From Octopus bimaculoides (lineage: Eukaryota): 64,000 nucleotides of DNA. Of the stretch, positions 51,024-63,882 are shown piece by piece. The translations under genes were made by a program, and so were the position numbers. Under the pieces are notes generated by a model. It was given only the letters and a program-made list of their open reading frames with translations, ran no database searches and was not told the DNA's origin. The stretch covers positions 44,648,899 to 44,712,898 of the forward strand of contig NC_068988.1 in the NCBI RefSeq assembly GCF_001194135.2. The letters are read 5' to 3'. The stretch's first letter is position 1. Every line of letters starts with the position of its first letter.

Positions 51024-51709
51024 GTGTGTATGTATGTGTGTGTGTGTGTGTGCTTTAACCACAAGAATGTGTCCTATAAAACACATTCTGTTTCAGCGAA
51101 GGACAATGACTGCTTAGGGTTGTGATCCCAGCTTGTTATATACACAAAGTAGTTATATACAGATATGGGGTTGTGGGTGAGAGGTTGTGGGTTAGAGTTT
51201 TGAAAGGAGCAGTGTTGAAGACGGAGGTATTGAAAATGGCAAAGTTGGTGGTGGTAGTTTGGTTTATATAGAAAGTGATTTGTTTTAAAGAAACAATTTC
51301 ACTGTCATAGTTACTCTTTTAAAAAATACTCCAATAGATCTTATCAAATCTCTTCGACTATCGTTATTGATGATCTAAAAGACAAAACCGCATCTACCAC
51401 CTATAGAATAAAACCAAATCTGTATTTTAGAATCATCAGTAGAAAATCACTTTTCAGAGCTAGCTCTCATTCCCGAATTTGAAAACGATGCAACTTGAGC
51501 CTGCTAAAAAGCTTGGAAATCATAATGTTGAAAGATATTCTCTTGCACAGAATCACCAGACGAACTCCTTCAAGCGTTTACAGAACTTGTAAGACATACG
51601 CAAGTTTCCATCACATGTGATGGAATGGCGTGCAAAGTTGAGATAATGACTCAAGAGAATAAGCCAAACATTTCATTGCTGTTTAACATTTATAACACAA
51701 CCTGTAGAT

Positions 51710-51960
51710 CAGGGTTCTGAACCATGTTTCTTTACCTATGGAACCCTTTGACGACTATTTTACTCTGGTGGACCCTGCTAGTCATTCTGTTTTGGTGAAT
51801 TTCTCGAGTCACCATCTCACCCTTACACGTTTTTTATTCAGGTCTGAAAGGATGCATAATACAACCTGTACTGTGAATCTCAATTGGTTGAGATTGGTTG
51901 ATCAACCATGTCAAAAGTTGTTTGATTGATGATTGTATCTATGAAATTTTAAGTAATGTG
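51710..51960 (+). mobile_element. hAT MITE 5' part (same family as 26081)
   Basis: cagggttctgaacc...cctatggaaccctttga...attttactctggtggaccc aligns to 26081-26142. Confidence 0.55.
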
Positions 51961-52189
51961 GATAAAATCAACAACATATTTGACATGAAAAGGAGAAACA
52001 ATCTCAAAAATCAAGAACTCTCCAAAGTTGTTTTTAAGTAAAATGACAGAATTCATGACTACCTTCAGGCAACAAGTCTATCCTTTTCCTTAAGAGCATT
52101 TCAACTTTGGTAGATAATCTTTCCTTCACATTCTGGATCTGCCTTTCATTACTATTTAACAATTATAACACATCCTCTACAGTAGATCT

Positions 52190-52533
52190 TCATCATCATT
52201 CTTTAATGTCTGCTTTCCATACTAGCATTGGTTTGACGATTTGACTGAGGACTGGCAAGCCAGAAGGCTGCACCAGACTCCAATCTGATCTGGCAGAGTT
52301 TCTACAGCTGGATGCCCTTCCTAACGCCAACCACTCTGAGAGTGTAGTGGGTGCTTTTACGTGCCACCAGCACGAGGGCCAGTGACACGGTACTGGCAAT
52401 GGCCACACTCAAAAAGGTGCTTTTTACATGCCACCTGCACGGGAGCCGGTCCAGTGGCACTGGCAACGACCCCACTTGAATGATTTTCTAACCTGCCACC
52501 AGCACAAGTGCTAGAAGGCAACGCTGGTAACGA
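52190..52533 (-). mobile_element. RTE-related SINE-like retroposon
   Basis: catcatcattctttaatgtctgctttcc...ctggatgcccttcctaacgccaaccactc. Confidence 0.8.
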
Positions 52534-53194
52534 TTGTTCCAAACTATTTTTTTTTACCTATGATCCCCTTTGATTATTATTTTACTCTACCACCTATAAA
52601 ACAAAACCAAATCTGCAGAAAATCAGTGTTCAGAGCTAGCTCCCATTGTTGAAGTGGAAAACAGTACAACTTAAGCCTGCTAGAAAACTTGGAAATCATA
52701 ATGTTGTAAGATATTCTCCTGCACGGAATCACTAGATGAACTCCTTCAAGCATTTATAGAACCTGTAAGACATACACAAGTTTCACCTTCTCAAAATACA
52801 CCCTTGACTAGGCCCCACATTTACAGCATCCCTCTTCCCTAGCCGTTCAATGTTTACAAACTAGTTTTATAGATATTTCTTTCAAAATACCTATTTTCTT
52901 ATTCACATATTGACCTGCATAGGTTGAACTATATAAAATGTTCCAGAAAGAAACCTAGCAGTTTCTTGCGATTGATACATTTAAATCAAGAGCAGTTGCT
53001 GTATGAATGAGGTAGATCCAGCCAACCCCATTAAAGGGGACAAACTTGGATTTAAAATATTGGAATCCATCATCATCCTCATATAGACATTTAAAATACA
53101 ACTGTGCATCCCCAGTTTACTATGTGCTTGTGTGGACCCCAGAATCTTATATAAGCCTCCAAGGGGTCATAATGACATCAGTTGAGTATCATTG
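52531..53194 (+). mobile_element. hAT MITE with foreign interior
   Basis: 5' piece cgattgttccaaac...cctatgatcccctttga..attttactct; 3' piece gtggacccc...cagttgagtatcattg; the interior includes a copy of 51395-51610. Confidence 0.5.
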
Positions 53195-53814
53195 TGCTAG
53201 AGACTCATATAACTTTTGGTGCATGGTATTTGATATACTTGTATTTCTCTATGTTCTTCAAATACATGCTACTGGCCATTTTGAGTTATTTCTCTAAGCT
53301 CATATTTGTATGTATACTCATATATATACACACCTGTACACATGCACACACATATATAAATATATGTGCACATTTATATGTGTGTGTGTCTAAATATAAA
53401 TATATATGCATGTATGTATAAATCTCCCCCGCATCTCTCGCCCTTTCTCTGTGTGTCTCTCTCTCTCTCTCGATATATATATATATATGTATGTATATAT
53501 ATATTTATATGTATGTCTATATAAACACATGTGCACATTCGTATACACACATGCACACGTATACATAAATACACATATAAAAGTCATGTATTTATTTAAC
53601 TCCATACACAAGCAAATATATCATGCTCTGCGATTAAGGATATAAATCAAACACATTCTCAGTTTAATAAAGATCAGCACATGCCTCCACACTAAACCAC
53701 ACAAATTTATAACTTAAAACCAAATATAAGCACATGTGTATGTTTATGCATGTATGTGTGTATGTATGAATGTACAGGTACGTATACATGCATATATATA
53801 CATACGTGTGTGTG

Positions 53815-53863
<49 letters not shown>

Positions 53864-54614
53864 ATATATATATANNNNNNNNNNNNNNNNNNNNNNNNNN
53901 NNNNNNNNNNNNNNNNNNNNNNNNNNNNNNNNNNNNNNNNNNNNNNNNNNNNNNNNNNNNNNNNNNNNNNNNNNNNNNNNNNNNNNNNNNNNNNNNNNNN
54001 NNNNNNNNNNNNNNNNNNNNNNNNNNNNNNNNNNNNNNNNNNNNNNNNNNNNNNNNNNNNNNNNNNNNNNNNNNNNNNNNNNNNNNNNNNNNNNNNNNNN
54101 NNNNNNNNNNNNNNNNNNNNNNNNNNNNNNNNNNNNNNNNNNNNNNNNNNNNNNNNNNNNNNNNNNNNNNNNNNNNNNNNNNNNNNNNNNNNNNNNNNNN
54201 NNNNNNNNNNNNNNNNNNNNNNNNNNNNNNNNNNNNNNNNNNNNNNNNNNNNNNNNNNNNNNNNNNNNNNNNNNNNNNNNNNNNNNNNNNNNNNNNNNNN
54301 NNNNNNNNNNNNNNNNNNNNNNNNNNNNNNNNNNNNNNNNNNNNNNNNNNNNNNNNNNNNNNNNNNNNNNNNNNNNNNNNNNNNNNNNNNNNNNNNNNNN
54401 NNNNNNNNNNNNNNNNNNNNNNNNNNNNNNNNNNNNNNNNNNNNNNNNNNNNNNNNNNNNNNNNNNNNNNNNNNNNNNNNNNNNNNNNNNNNNNNNNNNN
54501 NNNNNNNNNNNNNNNNNNNNNNNNNNNNNNNNNNNNNNNNNATATATATATATATATTTATATATTTATATATACATACATACATACATACATGCATATT
54601 TATATTTACATACA

Positions 54615-54670
<56 letters not shown>

Positions 54671-54936
54671 TATATGTGTATTATATGCATTGATAAATGT
54701 AATTCTGAAGATGCAAATCAAAAATACCTCCTGATGTATATATTAGTGTATATAATGAATAAAGTGCACAGCATTAAAAATGGAGCTATTACAAATGTAT
54801 CAGATTGCAAAACATGCCATAAGACATATACATATAAGAAATGTAAATACATATTCATATATCAGTTCATACATGTGCACAAGCATAACTACATACACAA
54901 GTATACATGTACATGATACACACACACACACAAATT

Positions 54937-54999
<63 letters not shown>

Positions 55000-55069
55000 N
55001 NNNNNNNNNTATACGTGTGTGTGTATGAATGTATGTAACGTATGTATGTATGTATGCAAATAAGTATAT

Positions 55070-55111
<42 letters not shown>

Positions 55112-55287
55112 GTATGTATGTATATATATATATGTATATGCATATATATATGTGTGTATGTATATATCTATATATATATATATGTATATAATGTTGCTTG
55201 TGTGTATGTGATTAAATATAGACACATATATTATTTATGTGCTAATATAAGTAAATATAAGTGCATATATATGAGTAAACGTATATA

Positions 55288-55325
<38 letters not shown>

Positions 55326-55356
55326 CACATATATGTATGTACATATGCATACATAT

Positions 55357-55393
<37 letters not shown>

Positions 55394-56079
55394 CATATGC
55401 ACATGCATCGAATGAAGACACCTAATAATTCACATATCAGAAAACTGTAGTACCAACACCCACCACTTTTATCATTGCTGCTGCACCAATCACATATCTT
55501 ACCTCACCATGTCTCTCTTTCTCTCTCCCCCTCTCCCTCCATCTCCCCCTCTCTCTCTTTCTCTCATCACCTGTAACCAACATTAAAAGAAAAAGTGAGT
55601 ATACTCGTACAGTATTCGAATCCGGTCGATAAGATTTTGAAATCAAATAAAGTTGTGACTCATTCACACTTCACTACATTGCTCTTTATTTTGTCCATTT
55701 TTTTTTTTAATTGATGATGCAAAACTCTGTAAGAATTTGATCTATGTGAAAACCTTTAACAGAATTATAATACTGGGCAGTATAGAGCTTAGAGGTTGAT
55801 AATTTTTTTTACGATATTGAAACTAGTACTATTGGTTAGTGGACTGTATCAGCAATGAGTGCAGTATGTTTTTTAATACATAGAAGATATCCAATGAATG
55901 TTTGATTCTGCCAGTGTATATTTACTTATATGTAGATAGATATTGTGTCATGTTTTAGTCAGTAAGCTGGAAGTTCATAGAGATATCATGTATCTTATGA
56001 GATGAGTCTGTCTATCTACCCATCCTTCTATATTTACATGTATGCACTTACAAATACACACATGAGCATAAATGTAACT

Positions 56080-56225
56080 CTGTGATTAAGAAGTTTGTTT
56101 GATAACCATGAAATTCTTGGTTCAGTCCCACTGTGCATCCTTTTGTACAAGTGTCTTCTACTATAAGCCAGACTGAATAAAGCTTTATGCATGGATTTAT
56201 TACAGAGAACCTAAAATGTCTGTAG
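56080..56225 (+). mobile_element. Decayed CORE-type SINE 5' part
   Basis: ggttcagtcccactgtg...caagtgtcttctactata. Confidence 0.55.
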
Positions 56226-56248
56226 CATGTATGTATGTATGTATGTCA

Positions 56249-56618
56249 TTATTGCCTCCACTTTAGCAAAGGCAGAAGTATTGTTTTCAGTCGCATTTGT
56301 TTGTTTGTTCGTGGACAAGATATCTCAAGAACTGCTGGATAGATTCAGATGAAACTTTCAGGGATGTTTGGTCTCATGACTAGCATGAAGTGATTAGATT
56401 TTGTGATTGTTCTGGTACCGGACAAGGATTCTGGATTAGTTTTCTTACTATTTTTATTTAATTTTTGAGAGCGGTCGGATTCATTTTTAGTATTCTTGTT
56501 TGTGAGAGCAGTCGAGTTATTTTCAAATATTCTTATTTTAAAAATCATCTCCAGCTAATCGTTGCGAGGACATTGGTGTTGTATTAGCAGAGGCTTGCAC
56601 ACTTCGAATGCTCTTGTT
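56249..56618 (+). mobile_element. Non-autonomous Helentron/HINE-like element
   Basis: 5' attgcctccac...ggcagaag hairpin, (gttt)n, gatgaaacttt, tagattttg, 3' gcagagg...gctcttgtt. The layout matches that class as I recall it. Confidence 0.5.
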
Positions 56619-56814
56619 CAGTTTTATTTAAAGATTTCTTGCCAATAGAGAAGGAGCTGGTTTCTAATCTGGATCTAAGGCTCCTTCATTGGAATTTCAA
56701 CATCAACAGAATATTTTTGTATGTATGTATTTGTGCAGTATTTGGAGTTAATACATCAGCAGATTTGTACGAATGTACTTACATATGTATGTATGTATGT
56801 ATGTATGTACGTAC

Positions 56815-56845
<31 letters not shown>

Positions 56846-56859
56846 TGTATGTAGTGAAG

Positions 56860-56990
56860 GCACATGGCTCAGTGGTTAGAGTATTGAGCTTACGATCGTG
56901 AGGTTGTGAGTTTGAATTCCGGACGGGGCTGCATATTGTGTTCTTGAGCAAGACACTTTATCGCATGTTGCTCCAGTTGAAGTGAATCTA
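56860..56990 (+). mobile_element. tRNA-derived SINE head plus CORE-like segment
   Basis: A box tggctcagtggttag, B box gagtttgaattcc, gtgttcttgagcaagacacttt. Confidence 0.7.
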
Positions 56991-57788
56991 CAGGATTTTG
57001 TGTGCTTTTAAATGGCTTATAAACACCTTCCATGCTGCAATTGTTTCTGTTCCAGCACATGATCTCAGATCAAGTTACTTGCTATGTAAGTACATCTCTA
57101 GAATCATATTTGTCATTTATTTAATAAGAGTAAAACACTTCGTTTTACATTGTTTCAGTCCATCAGAGTGAATGTTGTGATCTTGGTCAATTGTATGTCA
57201 TGGAAACTGAGAACAAACCTTATGAGTTCTAGAGCTTAAGACAAGCCTTTAGGCTTTTTGGACCTTTACTAAAATTTAGGTTGATCATGACTGGAATGTC
57301 TTTTATCATAGGTGTGTTAGATCATCCTGACTTGAAGCTAAACAACAACTCCAACAGTGATGAAACCAACACCAACAACATCAACAATGACAACAACAAC
57401 AACGACAACAACAACAACAGCTAGTCTGTTGAACTGTGCAGTGTTTGATCATTCTTGATCAGAGGCAACCATCTGTGTGATATGTGACATGCTGAATTAA
57501 TATAACGATATAAGATTATGAAGATAGTATTTTAAAGCTGTTGTATATATAAATTTAGAACTAAATCACTATATTTATGTCAGGGTTTGATATGAATTTT
57601 TCACAATCAATTAGCTACAATATTAAGTGGTCATAAAGTAGATATAGTCGTTAGTGGTTGATAGTCATAAAGCTGATATGGATATTTATGTAAGCAAAGA
57701 GCTGATATTAGGTAAGTTGGTTAACTAAATCAGATTGTAATAAAGATAGAAATGTCATACACATATAATTGTGTATGTATGTGTACAA

Positions 57789-57834
<46 letters not shown>

Positions 57835-57943
57835 TAAATATATACTTTTATAAAACAAATTTTACAAAATATATAGTATCTGTTAACAGTCTTAGCCAAA
57901 AACTCACAGTTGAGTTTTTGTATATATATATGTATACATGTCT

Positions 57944-58104
57944 CTTAAAGGATAGAGCTCAAAATCAATGCATTGAAGATACTTTATTGCAGCAACCCTA
58001 TTGAAATGTGCATAGGTTTGGCTTATTGTGGTTGTTTCTGTTATTATAATTGTTGCTGCAATAAAGTATCTTCAATGCATTGATTTTGAACTCTATCCTT
58101 TAAG
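57944..58104. repeat. 53-bp inverted repeat (1 mismatch) with 55-nt spacer, abutting an N gap
   Basis: 57944-57996 vs 58052-58104. Confidence 0.9.
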
Positions 58105-58496
58105 NNNNNNNNNNNNNNNNNNNNNNNNNNNNNNNNNNNNNNNNNNNNNNNNNNNNNNNNNNNNNNNNNNNNNNNNNNNNNNNNNNNNNNNNNNNNNNNN
58201 NNNNNNNNNNNNNNNNNNNNNNNNNNNNNNNNNNNNNNNNNNNNNNNNNNNNNNNNNNNNNNNNNNNNNNNNNNNNNNNNNNNNNNNNNNNNNNNNNNNN
58301 NNNNNNNNNNNNNNNNNNNNNNNNNNNNNNNNNNNNNNNNNNNNNNNNNNNNNNNNNNNNNNNNNNNNNNNNNNNNNNNNNNNNNNNNNNNNNNNNNNNN
58401 NNNNNNNNNNNNNNNNNNNNNNNNNNATATATATATATATACATACATGCATACATTCATATGTATATCTATATCTGTATCTATCTATCGATCTAC

Positions 58497-58532
<36 letters not shown>

Positions 58533-58553
58533 ACATACATACATACATACATA

Positions 58554-59442
58554 CAGGGTGCAATCTACAGTTTTAATTTCACGCATGTGCATTGTTAGTT
58601 TTTGATTTTGTTGACTATACAGTATAGCAGGTGTTGTTGGGCACCATCTGTGAGAATAGTAGCACCATGAAAAAATTCACTCTTCCAGAAATTTGGAAAT
58701 GACGTGCTGTACTGCTTGGCATTTGTGCCGGAAGCTCCAATACAAGCATTTCAATGTGTTTGGGTGTCAATCTGAGGACAGTGCAGTCTGATGACGGTGC
58801 AATCTGAGGACATGTACCGAGAATGATAAAAATCAAACATGTTGTCACCATCATGGTGTTTGGAGTGATCACTAGTGATGGTGATGTTATGCCTCTATTC
58901 ATATCCCCACATGGCCTCAGACTCAACACAGAGGCCTAGATCAAGTGCCTGGAGTTGGTAGTACTACCCTGGGTTAAGAGGATGGCTGCTGGAAGACCCT
59001 ATGTATGGCAACAGGACTCTGCACCATGCCACACAAGCAGGAGAACCCAGTCATGGCTGTCAGATAACTTCTGCAACTGCCCCCCACCTCAAACATCTGG
59101 CCACCAAACTCCCAAGACTGCAACCCCCTTGATTATTATGTGTGGGACACAATTGAGTGAGAGACCAACAAAGTTCCTTATAACACCAAAGATGAACTGA
59201 AGGCAAGAATTATGACAACATTCACCAACTTAAACAAGGAGACCATCAAGAAGAGTTGTAAGAGAAACCGAAATTGTACGGAGGATGTCATTGAAGCCAA
59301 TGGTGATTTTATTGAATATATTTACTCTTTAGTATTTGAAGATATTTTTATGTAATTTTGGCAAATATATCTGTTAAAATGAGATGTCAATGTTATTTTT
59401 ATTTTTGCTTAATTTAGACAACAGTTTATTCACCACACCCTG
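58554..59442 (+). mobile_element. Internally deleted Tc1/mariner transposon, maT/DD37D-like
   Basis: Termini cagggtg / caccctg. MKKFTLPEIWK*RAVLLG... | TIMVFGVITSDGDVMP...YVWQQDSAPCHTSRRTQSWL...IWPPNSQDCNPLDYYVW...IEANGDFIE. The D-D spacing is about 37 after correcting a frameshift. Confidence 0.88.
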
Positions 59443-59457
59443 CATATGTATATTCAC

Positions 59458-59497
<40 letters not shown>

Positions 59498-60203
59498 GAA
59501 AGTATTAATTTCGAAACATGTTTACAGATAATTGTATTTTTTTATGTAATTTTCACTGGTCTTACCCGTTCACGTTTTTGTTACTTTGCTAAATTCCCTT
59601 TGAGAATTATTCGGTCTTAGTAGACACATGACATGTGATCTTCTTCTAGCACATTAGCAGTCCACCTAGTGGCCTCCTTTATATATATTTTTATATATAC
59701 ATATACAATAATCCTTTGAGATCTCAGATATTTTTTTCTCTGAATCTCACTGATTCTTTTAATGTGCTTGTTCCCTGGTATTAAATTGATATTAATTAAT
59801 ATCCAATTTTTTACCCTATTGTCTAATTATATAGATAGATAGATAGATATCTATATTTATATCTATATCTATATCTATATANNNNNNNNNNNNNNNNNNN
59901 NNNNNNNNNNNNNNNNNNNNNNNNNNNNNNNNNNNNNNNNNNNNNNNNNNNNNNNNNNNNNNNNNNNNNNNNNNNNNNNNNNNNNNNNNNNNNNNNNNNN
60001 NNNNNNNNNNNNNNNNNNNNNNNNNNNNNNNNNNNNNNNNNNNNNNNNNNNNNNNNNNNNNNNNNNNNNNNNNNNNNNNNNNNNNNNNNNNNNNNNNNNN
60101 NNNNNNNNNNNNNNNNNNNNNNNNNNNNNNNNNNNNNNNNNNNNNNNNNNNNNNNNNNNNNNNNNNNNNNNNNNNNNNNNNNNNNNNNNNNNNNNNNNNN
60201 NNN

Positions 60204-60236
<33 letters not shown>

Positions 60237-60654
60237 ATGCTTTTTATACATGCATATGATGATGACAATGATGATAATGATATTAATCATCATGCTAAAT
60301 ATTCATATGGGAGTGTATGTATGTGTATGCATGTAAATATATATGCATGTATGTTATTTATGTTATTTGCATGCATGTCTGTGTGTGCATGCATATACAT
60401 GAATATAGTTTGAGTATATATGTGTTGAATATAACATTGAAACTGATCTAATCTGAGGTATATTATAGGAAAGTGTTCAATAAATAGTTAACATTAAGTT
60501 AAGATATTAAGAGCTCTGATATTAATCTGCATTATTAATATGGAAATGTATCAGAAAACTCAGATAAATATCAGATCAAACAAACTTCATGTGAAATACC
60601 TATTTAATGATAAGATAGGTCCTAGTTCACCTAACTGATATACATGTAATTATG

Positions 60655-60700
<46 letters not shown>

Positions 60701-60702
<2 letters not shown>

Positions 60703-60915
60703 AGAGAGTACTGAAAATTTCTTGGCTCTGGGTAAAATAAAATACAGGAGGATCAGTTAATGATGAATTTATTCAACATATTCTCCTCTCAGATTCACAC
60801 ACTTATTGCTGCGGTCGTTTAGTTTTTCTAAGCCCTGTGAAAGACCGTGGAAGGTAAGCCTCCAACCAGGCCTTTCTTGATGCCTTAAAGCCAGCAACTT
60901 TTCAGCACCCACTTG
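60701..60915 (-). mobile_element. mariner-derived MITE retaining the transposase C-terminus
   Basis: TIRs tgagagagtactgaaaatttcttggct / agccagcaacttttcagcacccacttg plus TA; minus strand GLEKLNDRSNKCVNLRGEYVE*. Confidence 0.75.
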
Positions 60916-61464
60916 TATGTATGTTTGTGAACTAATGCACCAGAGGGCTGTGTCAAGCTCCAGTGCCAACTCCAGCATGGTTAGATGCCCTCCCTAATGT
61001 CAACAACTTCACAGTGGGCACAGGGTGTTTTTTTTTTTGTGGCATTAGCACTAGTGAAGTCACCAAATACTCTCCAAACAAGCCCTCCCCATCAGCTGGG
61101 CAGCATATAGTATTGAAGGATATGAAAGTATGATAAAGAGACAGGGGAAGGTGTCTTGTGGGTTCTGCATTTGGAAAAAGAGGGAGAGAGATGTGAGGTC
61201 AAAGTACAAGGTGAACATGAGAAAGAGAATAGAAAAGAGGATTAAAAATGGGGGTTGAATTGGATGCAGTGAGTATTAGTTTGGATGGGGGAAGTGAAAG
61301 GAATAGGAGTGGGTCAGGGAAGAGGTGGTGTCAAGGGGCAGTAGTAGAGATACAATGTGATACAATAGGGGAATAAGTGGTATCATTTCAAGTGCATAAA
61401 GGAGCCTTACATCAGAAGGTTGTTTCTAGAATGTGGCGGTCATCATTTCAGTAATGTTGAAGTA

Positions 61465-61780
61465 GAAGGTGTGTGGCTAAGTGGTTAGGTTATTTGCCTC
61501 AGAATATCAAGATGCTGAGTTCGATACATAGTGGTGTGTTGCGTCCTTGAGGAAGACATTTTATTTCACATTGTTTCAATCCACTCAGCAGGCAAAAACG
61601 ATTAGTACCTGTATATCAAAGGGCCAGCCATATCACATTCTGTGTCACATTAAATCACCCAGAGACCCATGTTAGGGTGCACGTGTCTGTGGAGTGCTCA
61701 GCCACGTGCACATTAATTTCATGAGTAAGCTATCTTATTGATTGGATCAACTGGAACCCTCATCATGGTAACCAATATAA
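61465..61780 (+). mobile_element. tRNA-derived SINE (gtggagtgctcagccac family)
   Basis: A box tggctaagtggttagg, B box gagttcgatac, CORE-like gtccttgaggaagacatttt; the body matches 35415-35640. Confidence 0.75.
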
Positions 61781-61904
61781 TAGGGTTCTCATCAGAGGTG
61801 TCTACATCATTCTGACAGTCTCCAAAAAAACAAGCAGCCAAACTGCTTATATATATATGTATATATATATATATATATATATAGATAGATAGATATGTAC
61901 ATAT

Positions 61905-62477
61905 ATGAGTGCAGGAGTGGCTGTGTGGTTAAGAAGTTTGCTTCCTAAGCATGAGTTCAGTTTCAAATTCCCTGAGCAAGTGTCTTCTAATATATCCTCA
62001 GGCAGACCAATGCCTGGTAAGTGAATTTGATAGACGGAAACTGAAAGAAGCCCATCATATATAAATGCTGCCTCCCAGTGGCACGTGAAAAGACATTTGA
62101 GTGAGATCGTTGCCAGTGCCGATGGACTGACTCCTGTGCAGGTGGCACGTAAAATACACCATTTCAAGCGTGGCCGTTGCCAGTACTGCCTGAATGGCCC
62201 TCGTGCTGGTGGCATGTAAAACACCCACTAAACTCTCGGAGTGGTTGGCGTTAGGAAGGGCATCCAGCTGTAGAAACTCTGCCAAATCAGATTGGAGCCT
62301 GGTGTCGCCTCCTGGTCCACCAGCCCTCAGTCAAATCGTCCAACCNNNNNNNNNNGAAACTCTGCCAAATCAGATTGGAGCCTGGTGTCGCCTCCTGGTC
62401 CACCAGCCCTCAGTCAAATCGTCCAACCCATGCTAGCATGGAAAGCAGACGTTAAACGACGACGATGATGATGATGA
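61905..62477 (+). mobile_element. Composite SINE: OR-like head joined to RTE-related body and (GAT)n tail
   Basis: 61905-62065 is the OR-like head; 62065-62477 is the aggaagggcatcc family body. The 73-bp duplication across the 10-N gap is an artefact. Confidence 0.75.
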
Positions 62478-62504
62478 TTTATATAAGTGTGTATGTGTGT
62501 GTAC

Positions 62505-62624
62505 ATATATGGCCATATCACATTGAATGCTCTGGTCCTTGTCCGATAACCAAAGTTAAGCAACGTCGAGCACAGGGGTTACTTAAATGGGTGACTGCTT
62601 GGGAAACCTAGGTGCCATAGGCAT
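62505..62624 (+). pseudogene. Full-length diverged 5S rRNA copy
   Basis: ggccatatcacattgaa...gtccgataaccaaagttaagcaacgtcgagc...ttacttaaatgggtgactgcttgggaaacctaggtgccatagg aligns without large gaps to invertebrate 5S rRNA as recalled (roughly 70% identity); A box agttaagc 62554-62561; C box mutated. Confidence 0.85.
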
Positions 62625-62627
62625 CTC

Positions 62628-62690
62628 ACACTTTTAAGCTGGTGCTCCAGCATGACCGCAGTCAAATAACTGAAACAAGTAAAAGAATAT
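62628..62690 (+). mobile_element. 3' tail of the OR-like SINE directly downstream of the 5S copy
   Basis: ggtgctccagcatgaccgcagtcaaataactgaaacaagtaaaagaata equals the tails at 5746-5800, 24430-24478 and 34020-34073. Confidence 0.85.
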
Positions 62691-62702
62691 AAAAAAATAA
62701 TA

Positions 62703-62743
<41 letters not shown>

Positions 62744-63841
62744 GACAACAAACAATAGGAAATATTTGGGTTATATTTATACACCATTACACATGTTTCA
62801 TTTGCTAATAGGAATTACCAAGTTTTACATATTAGACAGACATGTAAGGAATTTCCAGATTAGAAATTCCTCAGACAGAAAAATTATATAGAATAGATTT
62901 TACATTTAAATAAGCCATTTATAGTTAGATAATAATCAGGAGTAGGACAGACAGCCCGGTAAGGAAAGAAAAGAGAGGTACACACACACACACACATACG
63001 TGTACGTGCACAGATATACTAGTACATGCACACATATACACAAACATGCGCATAAATATAAAACCAATACACACATATATGCAAATACACACACACACAC
63101 ATATGTATAGTATGTATTTATAAATACACATACCTACATGAATGCACACACACACAAACACATATATGCAAACATACATGTACACATATAGAGAAGCAAA
63201 GACAAATATCAGATACAGGTATTTTTGACACACACACACACAAAAAATATATTCCTATTAGCAGATGAAACATGTGTAATGGTGAATAAATAAACCGAAA
63301 AATTTTCAATCTCCTCTTTGTATTGTACAATAACTTTGCAAATAATAATTCCATAATAATTTTGACTTACAACAAGAGCTGAAACTACGTATTGGATTCT
63401 AATAATGGAATGTAATTCAAGAGGAAACAGCCGGGATTTACCCTAACTACCTATATGACGGACACACACGCACAAACACACACACACACACATATATCTT
63501 TGATAGTGATTCCAGAGATTTGGTGAAGCTTATCATCCATTCTTAGTTAAAGAGAAAGGGAACAGTACCGAGTAACTCAGGTAAAAGCATGGATACCTGG
63601 GAATGCTGAACTTGCACTTGTAATGAAATATAAGCAAGACAACATCTCTCAGTATTAAAAAAAAGTTACGAAAAACAACAAAGAAAAACAAAAGAAAAAC
63701 CAGAAACTACTTTCATATATATATCAGTGGTTTTAAAACAAAAACTGAACGGATGCAATGTAAGCTGAATAATGATTCATATACACCACAACAGCTACAC
63801 AATACATTCCAAAATAATTTCTGTTCTGACTTTCCTATTTC

Positions 63842-63882
<41 letters not shown>

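Noticed and set aside
56862-56935. Possible tRNA gene
   Set aside because: A and B boxes are present but it continues into the SINE CORE-like body and lacks a paired acceptor stem, so it is a SINE head.
62273-62428. Exact 73-bp tandem duplication in a SINE
   Set aside because: Same artefact: identical sequence on both sides of a 10-N gap.
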